A model generated the notes under the pieces. The model was given only the letters and a program-made list of their open reading frames with translations. It did not search any database and was not told the origin of the DNA. Of a stretch of 64,000 nt of DNA, positions 1 to 9,230 are shown piece by piece. A program made the translations under genes and the position numbers. Position 1 is the stretch's first letter, and each line of letters begins with the position of its first letter. Source of the stretch: Selaginella moellendorffii (lineage: Eukaryota > Plantae > Lycopodiophyta); assembly GCF_000143415.4 (NCBI RefSeq), contig NW_003314271.1, positions 434,001-498,000 on the forward strand. The letters run 5' to 3'.

Positions 1-21
1 ACAAGTCAAATCTATGCCTAC

Positions 22-568
22 CTTCAACTTGAGCGTATGAAATGCTGGAGAAAGCACATTTCTCCGCTGAGACCATTCCTGGCCGCCTTCCAGCCCGAGG
101 ACTCCATGGCCTACAACGTCAATCACGACCTGAACTTGATCGCTCGACTTGGGGAAGTTTTCAAACTGCCTGGACAGGATCTCGCGAGCACAGTCGGGAT
201 CGAAGAATGTGACATCGGGAACATCCAGGGACCTTGTCAAGTATGGCTTTCCTGCGGCACATTTTCTCTGTAGAGAGGGAAGTCTGTATAGAAAGCACGG
301 CCTTACCATACTTGGACGACCACAAGACAACTTCGGGCGTGACATGAGCGACAATGTCGTGACAGGTTTCCATCACCTTGCCCTGGTTCTCAATCCTCAT
401 CTGGTATTGCTGGCCACTGTTGCCAGCCAAGAACTTGGGCGGCGGTCCCTTGAGCCCCTGCTGCTTTAGTATCCCCTCTATTCTCCTCGAGCGCCTCCAT
501 GGTCGCGCAAGCCTCCAGAGCAGCGCCGCGCAAATGCCCACCACACCAAGCACAAGCAACGCAGCCAT
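22..568 (-). CDS. Cytochrome P450, CYP72 clan (exons 1-2; gene continues off the left edge)
   Basis: Exon 1 (568-307) has an N-terminal anchor, GLKGPPPKFLAGN and HDIVAHVTP..WSSKYG. After a 54-bp GT-AG intron, exon 2 (252-22) reads GKPYLT...GHGVLGLEGGQEWSQRRNVLSPAFHTLKLK, then a GT donor. Both motifs and intron positions are typical of the CYP72 clan. Confidence 0.85.
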
Positions 569-572
569 AGAG

Positions 573-595
573 CTCTCTCTCTCTCTCTCTCTCTC
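573..595. repeat. (CT)n/(GA)n microsatellite just upstream of the P450 start codon
   Basis: Run of ctctctct... seen directly. Confidence 0.95.
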
Positions 596-1225
596 CGTTT
601 CGGCTTAATGCTAGGTTAGCAATGAATCTTGCTCTTAATCCAGCCCCGCATTTGATGCGAGTAGAGCTAAGTTCGCTTGGTTTCTCTCTCTTCTTGATCT
701 TTCTTTTTTTCTTTTTTGTTCCCAGACAAGGAAGCAGGAGTGTAAGTTCTTTAACCCTTTTCAAAAATGATGTACGAAGAACAAAAGAAGCTTGTCCATG
801 GACCAAAGTTTCTGGCCCGCTACGAGGACGAACTCGCTCGCGAGGGGTGCACACAAACCAAGAGACAGAGGGACGTGCCCACGAAGCCAACAAGAGGCTC
901 GAAAAGGTGATCAGTTTCTTTCTAGCCATCTACGTGACCGGGGGTGTGTCCGAGCTCGGCCCTGAAGGTTCAATTCTAGTAGAAATATTTCGAAGGTCCG
1001 GCGTCTGAAGCATTCCCATCGGATGACTGTTGTCTCCCGCACCACAATGGCTCTTAAGCTGCGATCGAATGCCCGACCTTTTGCCACGACGCTCTTCTTT
1101 TCAAAGCATGGCAAACTCTGAAAAGCAACACGTCCTGAATTATTGTTTAATTTACATTAGGTACTCGAGCAAGAAAATTCAACCCTGCTTTAGATCGATA
1201 CCTAGATCTAGGTGGCTTGGATACA

Positions 1226-2434
1226 ATGGCCAATCGACTCGCATCATCTCTGGCAAGCAAATGGAAGCTAGTCCAAGGCCAGACATTCTGGAAAGGCATG
1301 CTTGGGAATCCCATGGACGAAACTCTCTGCCAGGAGCTGATCCGCTACGGCCAGCTAATCCAATGCGTGGTGGATGGATTCAACGAAGTCAAGGCATCTC
1401 GCTGGTATGGCCTGTGCATTCACGGCAAGTCACAGCTATTCCACAAGCTCCAGATGGGCAACACCGGCTACACGATCCACAAGTACATCTATGGCAGCAC
1501 CAGAGATCGCCCCCGTCTAATCACAGGTACTGGTACCACCAGGGAGCCCCACACTGGATGGTCTGGCTATCTTGCCATGTCGAACGACCAAGAAAGCTTG
1601 AGATTGGGACGAAGAGACATCCTCCTTGCGTTTCGGGGCATGGAGCTCACTCGGGAGTGGTCGGAGATCGACTCACTCTTGCCCCTTCCTCGGCTGTATC
1701 CAGCGAAACCGGCAGTGGCGGCCGGAAGCTCGTCGCCCGTGTTGGTGTCCGACCATGTAGCCTCACTCTACACTCACTGCTATCCAGGCGAGGAGTTTGG
1801 AAGCACTTGTGTCCGGGATCAGATTGTTTCCACGCTCAGGGGCCTCATCGACGCAAACAGGGACGAAGAGCTGAGCATCACGGTGGCCGGGCATAGCTTG
1901 GGAGGTGCGCTTGCAACCCTGTGTGCCTACGACATTGTCAACGAGAGTGTCAACGCAGCTCCCAATGGTAAGATGATCCCGGTGACCGCATTTGTCATTG
2001 GTGGTCCCCAAGTTGGCAACTATGCGTTCAAGGTGGCGGCGGAAGGGTTGCAAAGCCTGCGAGTCCTCACCGTGGTAAATCCCTTGGATGTGGTTACCAA
2101 GCTCCCGGGAAACGCTCTGGGTTACGTATCTCACATTGGGGTGCTGCTGGAAGTCGTCCACACCGGCTTGGCTTATCTTAAGCACAAACCCGAGGATCTT
2201 GCAGTGCATGACTTGCAGCTCTACTTGCATCTGATTGGCAACAAAGTGGAGCCTTTCAAGTATCACCAGCTTGAGCTTCTGAACAAGTCTGCGGATCTGC
2301 TGGCGAATCCGATCGTTCCGCCCAAGTGGTGGTATGTCCGAGGTGTGGATGTGATTGTCAGTGTGGACGAGGAAACGGGGAAGCTGTGTTTCAAGCTGAC
2401 AAATGTCTCTCCAAGTGATCCAGAGTACAGTTGA
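1226..2434 (+). CDS. Phospholipase A1 / lipase class 3 (DAD1-like family), intronless
   Basis: ORF with W.G.L..P.DE.L.QELIRYG, W.GYLAMS, RLGRRDILLAFRG, lipase motif GHSLGG, GGPQVGN, VVNPLDVVTKLPG, VHDLQLYLHLI and LLNKSAD...VPPKWW. Confidence 0.92.
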   Translation: MANRLASSLASKWKLVQGQTFWKGMLGNPMDETLCQELIRYGQLIQCVVDGFNEVKASRWYGLCIHGKSQLFHKLQMGNTGYTIHKYIYGSTRDRPRLITGTGTTREPHTGWSGYLAMSNDQESLRLGRRDILLAFRGMELTREWSEIDSLLPLPRLYPAKPAVAAGSSSPVLVSDHVASLYTHCYPGEEFGSTCVRDQIVSTLRGLIDANRDEELSITVAGHSLGGALATLCAYDIVNESVNAAPNGKMIPVTAFVIGGPQVGNYAFKVAAEGLQSLRVLTVVNPLDVVTKLPGNALGYVSHIGVLLEVVHTGLAYLKHKPEDLAVHDLQLYLHLIGNKVEPFKYHQLELLNKSADLLANPIVPPKWWYVRGVDVIVSVDEETGKLCFKLTNVSPSDPEYS

Positions 2435-2817
2435 GTTCATGGATGGACTTTTATGATCAAGCTGTGTTCATGGATGATTGTATTCTTATTCCACTACTGC
2501 TATATTCCAGTTTGCAAACCTGGAAGTTCTGACTTTGAACTATGCTCAAGGAAGAAGCAGCGACTCCAGACGCTCTAGCTTCGTCTGGATTGCAGCACTT
2601 GTGCTACATCCGGATTCCGGATGAGAATGACTCAATAAAAATGGTACACTATAGTCTTTGAACTGAAGCTCCAAGTTACTCTCATCTTTGTTTCCAAGGC
2701 ATGGGAAACCTGAAAAGCAACTCACTGACTTACCACTCTTTGACCTGCATTTTCTCTGTTTTTTACTACCAGCGCAGTCTTGCAACCCTAGATCTACCTT
2801 GCATAGGATCCTAACAT

Positions 2818-3990
2818 ATGCAATCGGTCCACATCATCCTTGGCAAGCAAATGGAAGCTAGTCCAAGGCCAGACGTTCTGGGAAGGCATGCTTGGGAATC
2901 CCATGGACGAAGCTCTCTGCCAAGAGCTGATCCGCTACGGCCAGCTCGTCTAATCCGTGGTGGATGGATTCAACGAAGTCAAGGCATCTCGCTGGTATGG
3001 CCTGTGCGTTCACGGTAAGTCACAGCTATTCCCCAACCTCCAGATGGACAAAACCGGCTACACTATCCACAAGTACATCTATGGCACCACCAGAGATAAC
3101 GATCGCTCTCGTCTTACCACAGGTACCACCAAGGAGCCCCACACTGCCTGGTCTGGCTACCTTGCCATGTCCAATGACAAATAAAGCTTGAGATTGGGAC
3201 GAAGAGACATCCTCCTTGCGTTTCGGGGCATGAAGCTCACTCGGGAGTGGTCGACGCGCTCTTGCCTCTTGCTCGGCTGAATCCAGCCAAACCGTCAGTG
3301 GCGGCCGGAAGCCCCTCGCCCGTGTTGGTGTCCGACCATGTATCCACACTCTACACCCATTCCTATCCAGGTGAGGAATTTGGAAACAATTCTGCCCGGG
3401 ATCAGATAGTTTCCACGCTCAGGAGCCTCATCGATGCAGACAGGGACGAAGAGCTGAGCATCACGGTGGCCGGGCATAGCTTTGGAGCTTCGCTCGCGAT
3501 CCTGTGTGCCTACGACATTGTCAACGAGAGCGTCAATGCAGCTCACAATGGTAAGGTGATCCCGGTGACCGCATTTGCCATTGGTGGTCCTCAAGTTGGC
3601 AACCATGCGTTCAAGGTGGCGGTGGAAGGGTTGCAAAGCCTGCGAGTCCTCACCATGGTATGGATATGGTTACCAAGCTGCCGGGAAACGCTCTGGGTTT
3701 CGTATCTCACATTGGGGTGCTGCTGGAAGTTGTCCACACCAGGTTGGCTTATCCCAAGCACGAGGGTGTTCTAGTGCATGACTTGCAGCTCTATTTGCAT
3801 TTAATAGGCAACAAAGTGGAGCCTTTTAAGTATCACTTCTGAACAGGACGACAGATCTGCTCGCAAACCCAATCGTTCCGCCCAAGTGGTGGTATGTCCA
3901 AGGTGTGGATGTGAATGTCACTGTGGACGAGGAAACAGGGAGGCTACGTTTCAAGCTGACTAATGTCTCTGCATGATACAGAGTTTAGCT
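2818..3990 (+). pseudogene. Decayed tandem duplicate of the phospholipase A1 gene
   Basis: Colinear with 1226-2434 but has in-frame TAA at 2951-2953 and 3182-3184, and frameshifting deletions near 3253, 3660 and 3836. Confidence 0.93.
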
Positions 3991-4496
3991 AAGGAACTTT
4001 CATGATCAAGCCAGTTTGTATTCTCATTACAGTCTCTCGAATCCGAGTTTGCAGATTCTATCAGCTTGTCTTGGCTTCGCTGGCGTCAAATCTTTGCTCA
4101 AGGAATCAGCGGTCTTTGATAGTTTGTCTGCTCCATCTGATGAAGGTTACAAAGATGTGAAATCACTGAGCAGAGTTCTCAGTCGGGCTTTAAGGCCGCC
4201 TATCTTTTCGCATTGTCTCTCCCAGTATTGCTCAATTTCTTGGATCTCAAATTACACCTCTTCTATTTTACTTCGATCAAGCTTGTGACCAGGCATGATC
4301 GGTCACAGAGCTCCATTTCAAGAAATCTTTTGTGCAAGAAGAAATCTTTTGCAGGAGGTGTGTTTCTGGCACCCCCAAGCTAAAGTATTCATTTTTTTAA
4401 AAAACACTGACTTCCACAGGGGGCACCCCAAGTGCCGCCACTATCTAAACCCCTTGGATAGTTCAAGCGTCCACTGAAACACTACTCTTAGACTAG

Positions 4497-5938
4497 GCGA
4501 TAGCACTCAGCACCATTCTTGTCAAGCCGGAGCAACTCGACGAGGCCGAGCTCCGCAGTGCCGTGCTCTCAGCCACCCTTGCTCGATTCACGTCGCTGCC
4601 GGCCGATGATCAGCTCACGCAGCTCCTTGAGTTTGTACAATGTACGAAGAGGTCAGAAGAACTAAAGAAAAACTCCTCACACTTTTCTTTCTTGTTTTCC
4701 CTTCTTCAGCACTCAAGGAGATGCCGCTTGCCCTCCCATCCCAGCATGAGTTCGATGCGTACGAGCTCCCCACCAAGTTTTTCGAGATCATCTTAGGAAA
4801 GCGTCTCTCAAGTTCGGGTAAGGTCTTAATCTTCGGGATTGTTTTGAAGGGCGTGTTTCCGATCTTGCAGGGCCTTGTACTTCAAGAACTTTGAGCCCAT
4901 TGCACTGGACGAGGCCGAGGATGCTATGCTCGAGCTTTACTTCGAGCGAGCTCGGATCCAAGATGGGCAGACAATACTAGACATTGGTGCTGGATGGGGC
5001 TCGGCTTCTTTCTACATTGCAGAAAGATGCCCTCGCAGCCACATCACTGCTGTCTGCTCCAAACTTCAAAAGGATTACATTGACAACAAATGCAGGTAAG
5101 CTTTTGGTTTCTTTAATTGCTTTCCAAGATCCCGAGGACAGATAAGTCACTAGTGCTGGTTTTCATTCAGGGAACTTGGCATTTCCAATGTCCGAGCTAT
5201 AGAGTCCGATATCTGTACACTTTAGTTGGATGAAACTTTCGATCGGGTTCTTTGCATTGAACTGCTTGAGGTGAGCGATCTGTCTTTTTCTTTCAAGTCT
5301 GGTGAGCCATAAAGATTTGATACAGTACTTGAAGAACTATAAGCTACTGTTCAAGAAAATTTCGTCGTGGATGAATCCGGATAGCCTGCTTTTCAGTGAG
5401 GCCCTGACTCACAAGTCCTTCGCGAGGCATTACCAGGTAGTATAGCTCCTGGAATAATACAGCTCTAAAGTATATGTTGATGTAGGAAACTCAAGGTGAT
5501 GGGATGACAGCTTGGATTGGAAAATACTTTCTGAATGGAGGAACACTCCTTGCGGACTCCCTGCTTCTCAACTTTCAGGTAAGATAGCAATTTGACATAA
5601 CTCTCAGTGATTAACAATTGTCCTGACTCAACCAGGATGATCTATCCATTGTTGATCACTGGCGTATCGATGGAAGGCATCATGGTCTTTCCAGGTAAGG
5701 CTTGAGTTTCTAAAGAGAAAAGCCAGCCACTAAGCGTTTGAGGGCAGTGATGCGTACGCAAGACAAATGTCTGAGAATGCAGATTTGATCCGGCCCATAT
5801 TCAACGACATCTATGGTAAAGAGCAGGCCAACGTTTGGATGGGGCGATGGAAAGCTGTGTTTATTTTGTTCGCGGAGATGTATAAGTTTGACAACGGCAG
5901 CAGTGGCTCCTTTCTCATTATCTCTTCAAGAAAAATTA
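4497..5938 (+). pseudogene. Coclaurine N-methyltransferase-like (CMAS family) SAM-dependent methyltransferase, multi-exon, disrupted
   Basis: Exons encode YELPTKFFEIILGK, LDEAEDAMLELYFERARIQDGQTILDIGAGWGS, YLKNYKLLFKKISSWM, GGTLLADSLLLNFQDDLSIVDHWRIDGRH and W.GRWK..F....E. There is a TAG where the start is expected (4494), a +2 frameshift near 4805 and a -1 frameshift near 5897. Confidence 0.8.
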
Positions 5939-6351
5939 AAGGTTCCTATAGAATATCTTTTGAATTTAATTCTCTAAAGTATAAACTGTCTCCAAAGATT
6001 TATGTTTTAGTTGAGCTCAGTGCTGTTCTTACTAACCGTGTTATCACGTCTATGATCAAACATGTAATAATATGTTAGTAAGACTTTTGGATGTGGATGT
6101 CTGGCTGCCTCCACTTGGGCGCTACAAGACCCTCAAAAACATTATTAAATGACACAGATGGCTAAAGTCAAGAGGTGGGGTACATGATCCCACACTATCT
6201 CCGTGGGTCGCAAAAGTGGGAGTTATTGCAAAGTTGGCGAAGTGTTCAACGAAGAGAATACCACAACACCACGGATCTAACGTGGGCCGGGTGAGTTTCA
6301 AAATATATACGCACAGATTGTCCATCTCAATAGATTTTTCGGTTCTTGAGG

Positions 6352-7725
6352 ATGGAGACCAAGCACTTGCAATCTCGTGTCGCCATAGTCACCTTTCCAC
6401 TACATGGCCACCAAAATCCGATGATGCGATTGGCGTGTCGCCTTGCAAGCTTGGGAATCCGGGTCACATTCTTCACCAGTAAATGGTTTGAGAAATCCGC
6501 AAAACCATCCAAGGCCTACGAGGAGCTCATCAAGGTGGTGGGCATCGAGGGAGGATTGGATGACAATCAGCTCAACAGCAGCAACGATGCCATCGCCGAT
6601 GTGTTGCGAGAATCCGAGAAGATGAGACAGCCCTTTGAGAAGCTAGTGCTCGCCGATGAGGAGGAGAATGGGACGCCATTCGCGTGCTTGATTGTCGACG
6701 CGTGCTTCCCATGGCTTCCGGAAGTTCGTCACAGGTTTGTGGCTGGATTCTGGGCGAGCACCGTTGCTTGTGCGAGTGTCATGGTTACGCTGCCAGACCT
6801 CGTAGCGAAAGGATACCTCCCAGCCCAAGGTGAGAAGTTGCTTTCTCCAGGAGCAAATGGACTAGCTCTAGCAGGCATTCCATTCTACTTCCACACCGCC
6901 AACGAGGAGGATCTCAGGATGAGCATCGAGTTTGGGCAGGTGCTTCTTCATCCTGGGATGAGCTGCCTGCTGCTAAACAGCTTCGAGGGCGCGGAGAAGC
7001 AGAGAATCCAAGAGCTCCAGAGCCTGCTGCCTTGTCCGTGCCTCCCAGTGGGTCCTCTAATGGCGACTGACCAGAATGGGATCGCTCGACACGCTGATCG
7101 TTGCCTCGAGTGGCTCGACGAGCAAGAGCCCAAGTCCGTGGTCTACGTCTCCTTTGGAACGCTCGCGTATGTCTCCGCGAAGCAGTTCGAGGAGCTCGCG
7201 CTGGGGCTGGAGTCGAGTGGAGCGTCCTTCCTCTGGGTGGTCAGGCCTACACTCGTTGACAAGCAAGAAGACGTTGAGATCTTCCTCGAGGAGTTTCGAA
7301 AGAGGACGAGCGCGAAAGGTTTGATCGTAGCTTGGGCGAATCAGCTCCAAATCCTGGCTCATCCATCGGTTGGATTGTTTCTCTCGCACTGCGGCTGGAA
7401 CTCGACGTTGGAGGCTGTGTGGAGCGGCGTGCCCGTGCTGGCCTGGCCCCTCTTTGACGAGCAGAACGTTTGCGCTCGCTATCTCGTCCACGACTGGAAG
7501 GCTGGCACTCCGATCAGCGACGCTGCACTGGCGAAGTCGGGCGTGCTTGTAAGTCGGAAGGAAGTCCGAGATGGCGTAAGATCCGGCCTCCGGGACGAGT
7601 CTCTTCGCTACAGCATGAAGCGAGCGTCCAAGGCTGCTCGCGAGGCTGTCCAGCCAGGAGGCTCCTCGTTTTCCAGCATCGAAAAGCTAGTCCTTGCGAT
7701 TAAAGCCGGATCATGGAGCTCGTAG
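6352..7725 (+). CDS. UDP-glycosyltransferase (family 1 UGT), intronless
   Basis: N-terminal FPLHGHQNPM with catalytic His; complete PSPG box WANQLQILAHPSVGLFLSHCGWNSTLEAVWSGVPVLAWPLFDEQ; C-terminal PGGSS. Confidence 0.95.
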   Translation: METKHLQSRVAIVTFPLHGHQNPMMRLACRLASLGIRVTFFTSKWFEKSAKPSKAYEELIKVVGIEGGLDDNQLNSSNDAIADVLRESEKMRQPFEKLVLADEEENGTPFACLIVDACFPWLPEVRHRFVAGFWASTVACASVMVTLPDLVAKGYLPAQGEKLLSPGANGLALAGIPFYFHTANEEDLRMSIEFGQVLLHPGMSCLLLNSFEGAEKQRIQELQSLLPCPCLPVGPLMATDQNGIARHADRCLEWLDEQEPKSVVYVSFGTLAYVSAKQFEELALGLESSGASFLWVVRPTLVDKQEDVEIFLEEFRKRTSAKGLIVAWANQLQILAHPSVGLFLSHCGWNSTLEAVWSGVPVLAWPLFDEQNVCARYLVHDWKAGTPISDAALAKSGVLVSRKEVRDGVRSGLRDESLRYSMKRASKAAREAVQPGGSSFSSIEKLVLAIKAGSWSS

Positions 7726-7919
7726 AGTTCTTTGAAGTATCGTGAATTCTTCACTCCCTTCTCACACTGGATCATCGTCTCCAAACACCATACAGAAACT
7801 TCTTTCAACTCCATTGATTTCATCAAATTCGTTTCGTTTTACTGGTCTTGAATTGAGAACGTTTGGTTTTCTTCTCGAGGGGTATAGCTTAGAGCACTCC
7901 TTCGTCTTCGTCTTCCCAG

Positions 7920-9113
7920 ATGGAGGTGGAGTCGCCGGCGCATCTCTCCGCGGCGTGCGAGCGCCTGTTGAGCTCGGGCCTCTACTCGGACATCACTTTC
8001 CAGACGGGGGACGACTCCACCCCCGCCCACCGCTGCATCCTCGCGTCCCTCTCGCCAGTGTTTAGCACCATGCTCTCGGCCGGCCTCCAGGAGCAAGAGA
8101 CCGCCACGATCGCCATCACCGACATGACCACTCCACAGCTCCGGGCCTTCCTCCTCTTCCTCTACACGGGTCGCCTGGAGCAGCAAAAGGTGGCGGAGTC
8201 GGGCTTGGCCGTGCTTGCCGCCTGTCACAAGTACTGCCTCCCGGGACCTCTCATGAACGCTTGCGTCGCCGGCCTGTGTCGATCCATCACCTGCGAGAAC
8301 TGCCTCGGCCTGCTGGAGCTCGCGGATCTCTACGGCCAGGAGGCGCTGGCTGCCAAGTGCCAGAGCTTTGTCACCAGTCACCTGTCCGAGTTCCTCGATT
8401 GCAATGGAAAAGCGCTCGTCTCAAAGAATGCGGAGCTCCTGCTGGACCTGGTGAGAGATAGACTGCCACCGCTTGGCTTCCGGGAGATCAAGCTCTGGTT
8501 CCGACGATACAACACCCAGAAGGTCCGCTTGCATAAGGTCGTTCTTCCAGCCGGTAGCACTGTCGCGGAGCTTGTGTCCGAGGTGAATAAGCAGCTCAAC
8601 CGGCCGAACAAGCTCAGGGTGTCGCTCCGGATTCTCCAAGTTTTCAACCATCGGATCGGCCGCATCTTCAAGAGGAAGGATCCCATCTCGGTCATCAGCC
8701 AGGAGGAGTCGGACGGTGATGGCCTGCGAGCCGAGGAGGTTCCACCGGACGACGAGAAGTCTCTGGCTGGTAAGTCTGTGATTCACGTCCACCACTTCCG
8801 GACTGGGACCTGGTCGTATGAAGCTTTCGGAGAGCCGTTTGCAATGCACGTTCACCACCAGGAGACTCTTCGCAGGATCAAGCAGAGGATCAAGGCGAGG
8901 CTGGCTGTGTCCAACGAAACTTTTGAGAAGTGGAAGTTTGCCAAGTTCCATACGGTACCAGGCCTGAATGAATACGTTCCCCCGGTTTATCTCGACGACA
9001 ATATGCCCATGGCGGTGCTTCTGACGGTTGATGGATGCTCGTCCTCTAGAGCAATGTCAACGTTGCCTCTTGGCATCCACCACACCCAGGATGTCTTGGG
9101 GTCTTGCAAGTAG
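7920..9113 (+). CDS. BTB/POZ protein fused to a USP7/UBP12-13 C-terminal ubiquitin-like region, intronless
   Basis: N-half: YSDITF...PAHRCILASLSPVFSTML, FLLFLYTG, AACHKY, ITCENCLGLLELADLY (BTB plus BACK-like helices). C-half: LPAGSTVAELV, LRILQVFNHRIGRIF, LRAEEVPPDD, IHVHHF, FGEPF, ETLRRIKQRIKARL, FEKWKFA, LGIHH, resembling the plant UBP12/13 C-terminus. Confidence 0.8.
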   Translation: MEVESPAHLSAACERLLSSGLYSDITFQTGDDSTPAHRCILASLSPVFSTMLSAGLQEQETATIAITDMTTPQLRAFLLFLYTGRLEQQKVAESGLAVLAACHKYCLPGPLMNACVAGLCRSITCENCLGLLELADLYGQEALAAKCQSFVTSHLSEFLDCNGKALVSKNAELLLDLVRDRLPPLGFREIKLWFRRYNTQKVRLHKVVLPAGSTVAELVSEVNKQLNRPNKLRVSLRILQVFNHRIGRIFKRKDPISVISQEESDGDGLRAEEVPPDDEKSLAGKSVIHVHHFRTGTWSYEAFGEPFAMHVHHQETLRRIKQRIKARLAVSNETFEKWKFAKFHTVPGLNEYVPPVYLDDNMPMAVLLTVDGCSSSRAMSTLPLGIHHTQDVLGSCK

Positions 9114-9230
9114 AAAACATATCCTGCTTTCTTTTGAGTATTACAACCAATGGGTTGAGCTGACATTAAAAAAAAAACAGAGAGTTCTTGTACCCAAGTA
9201 CCTTGTGAAATTAAGCTGCTACAACGTTGT

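Noticed and set aside
1030-2440. 288-aa and 225-aa ORFs overlapping the lipase
   Set aside because: Alternative-frame and antisense shadows.
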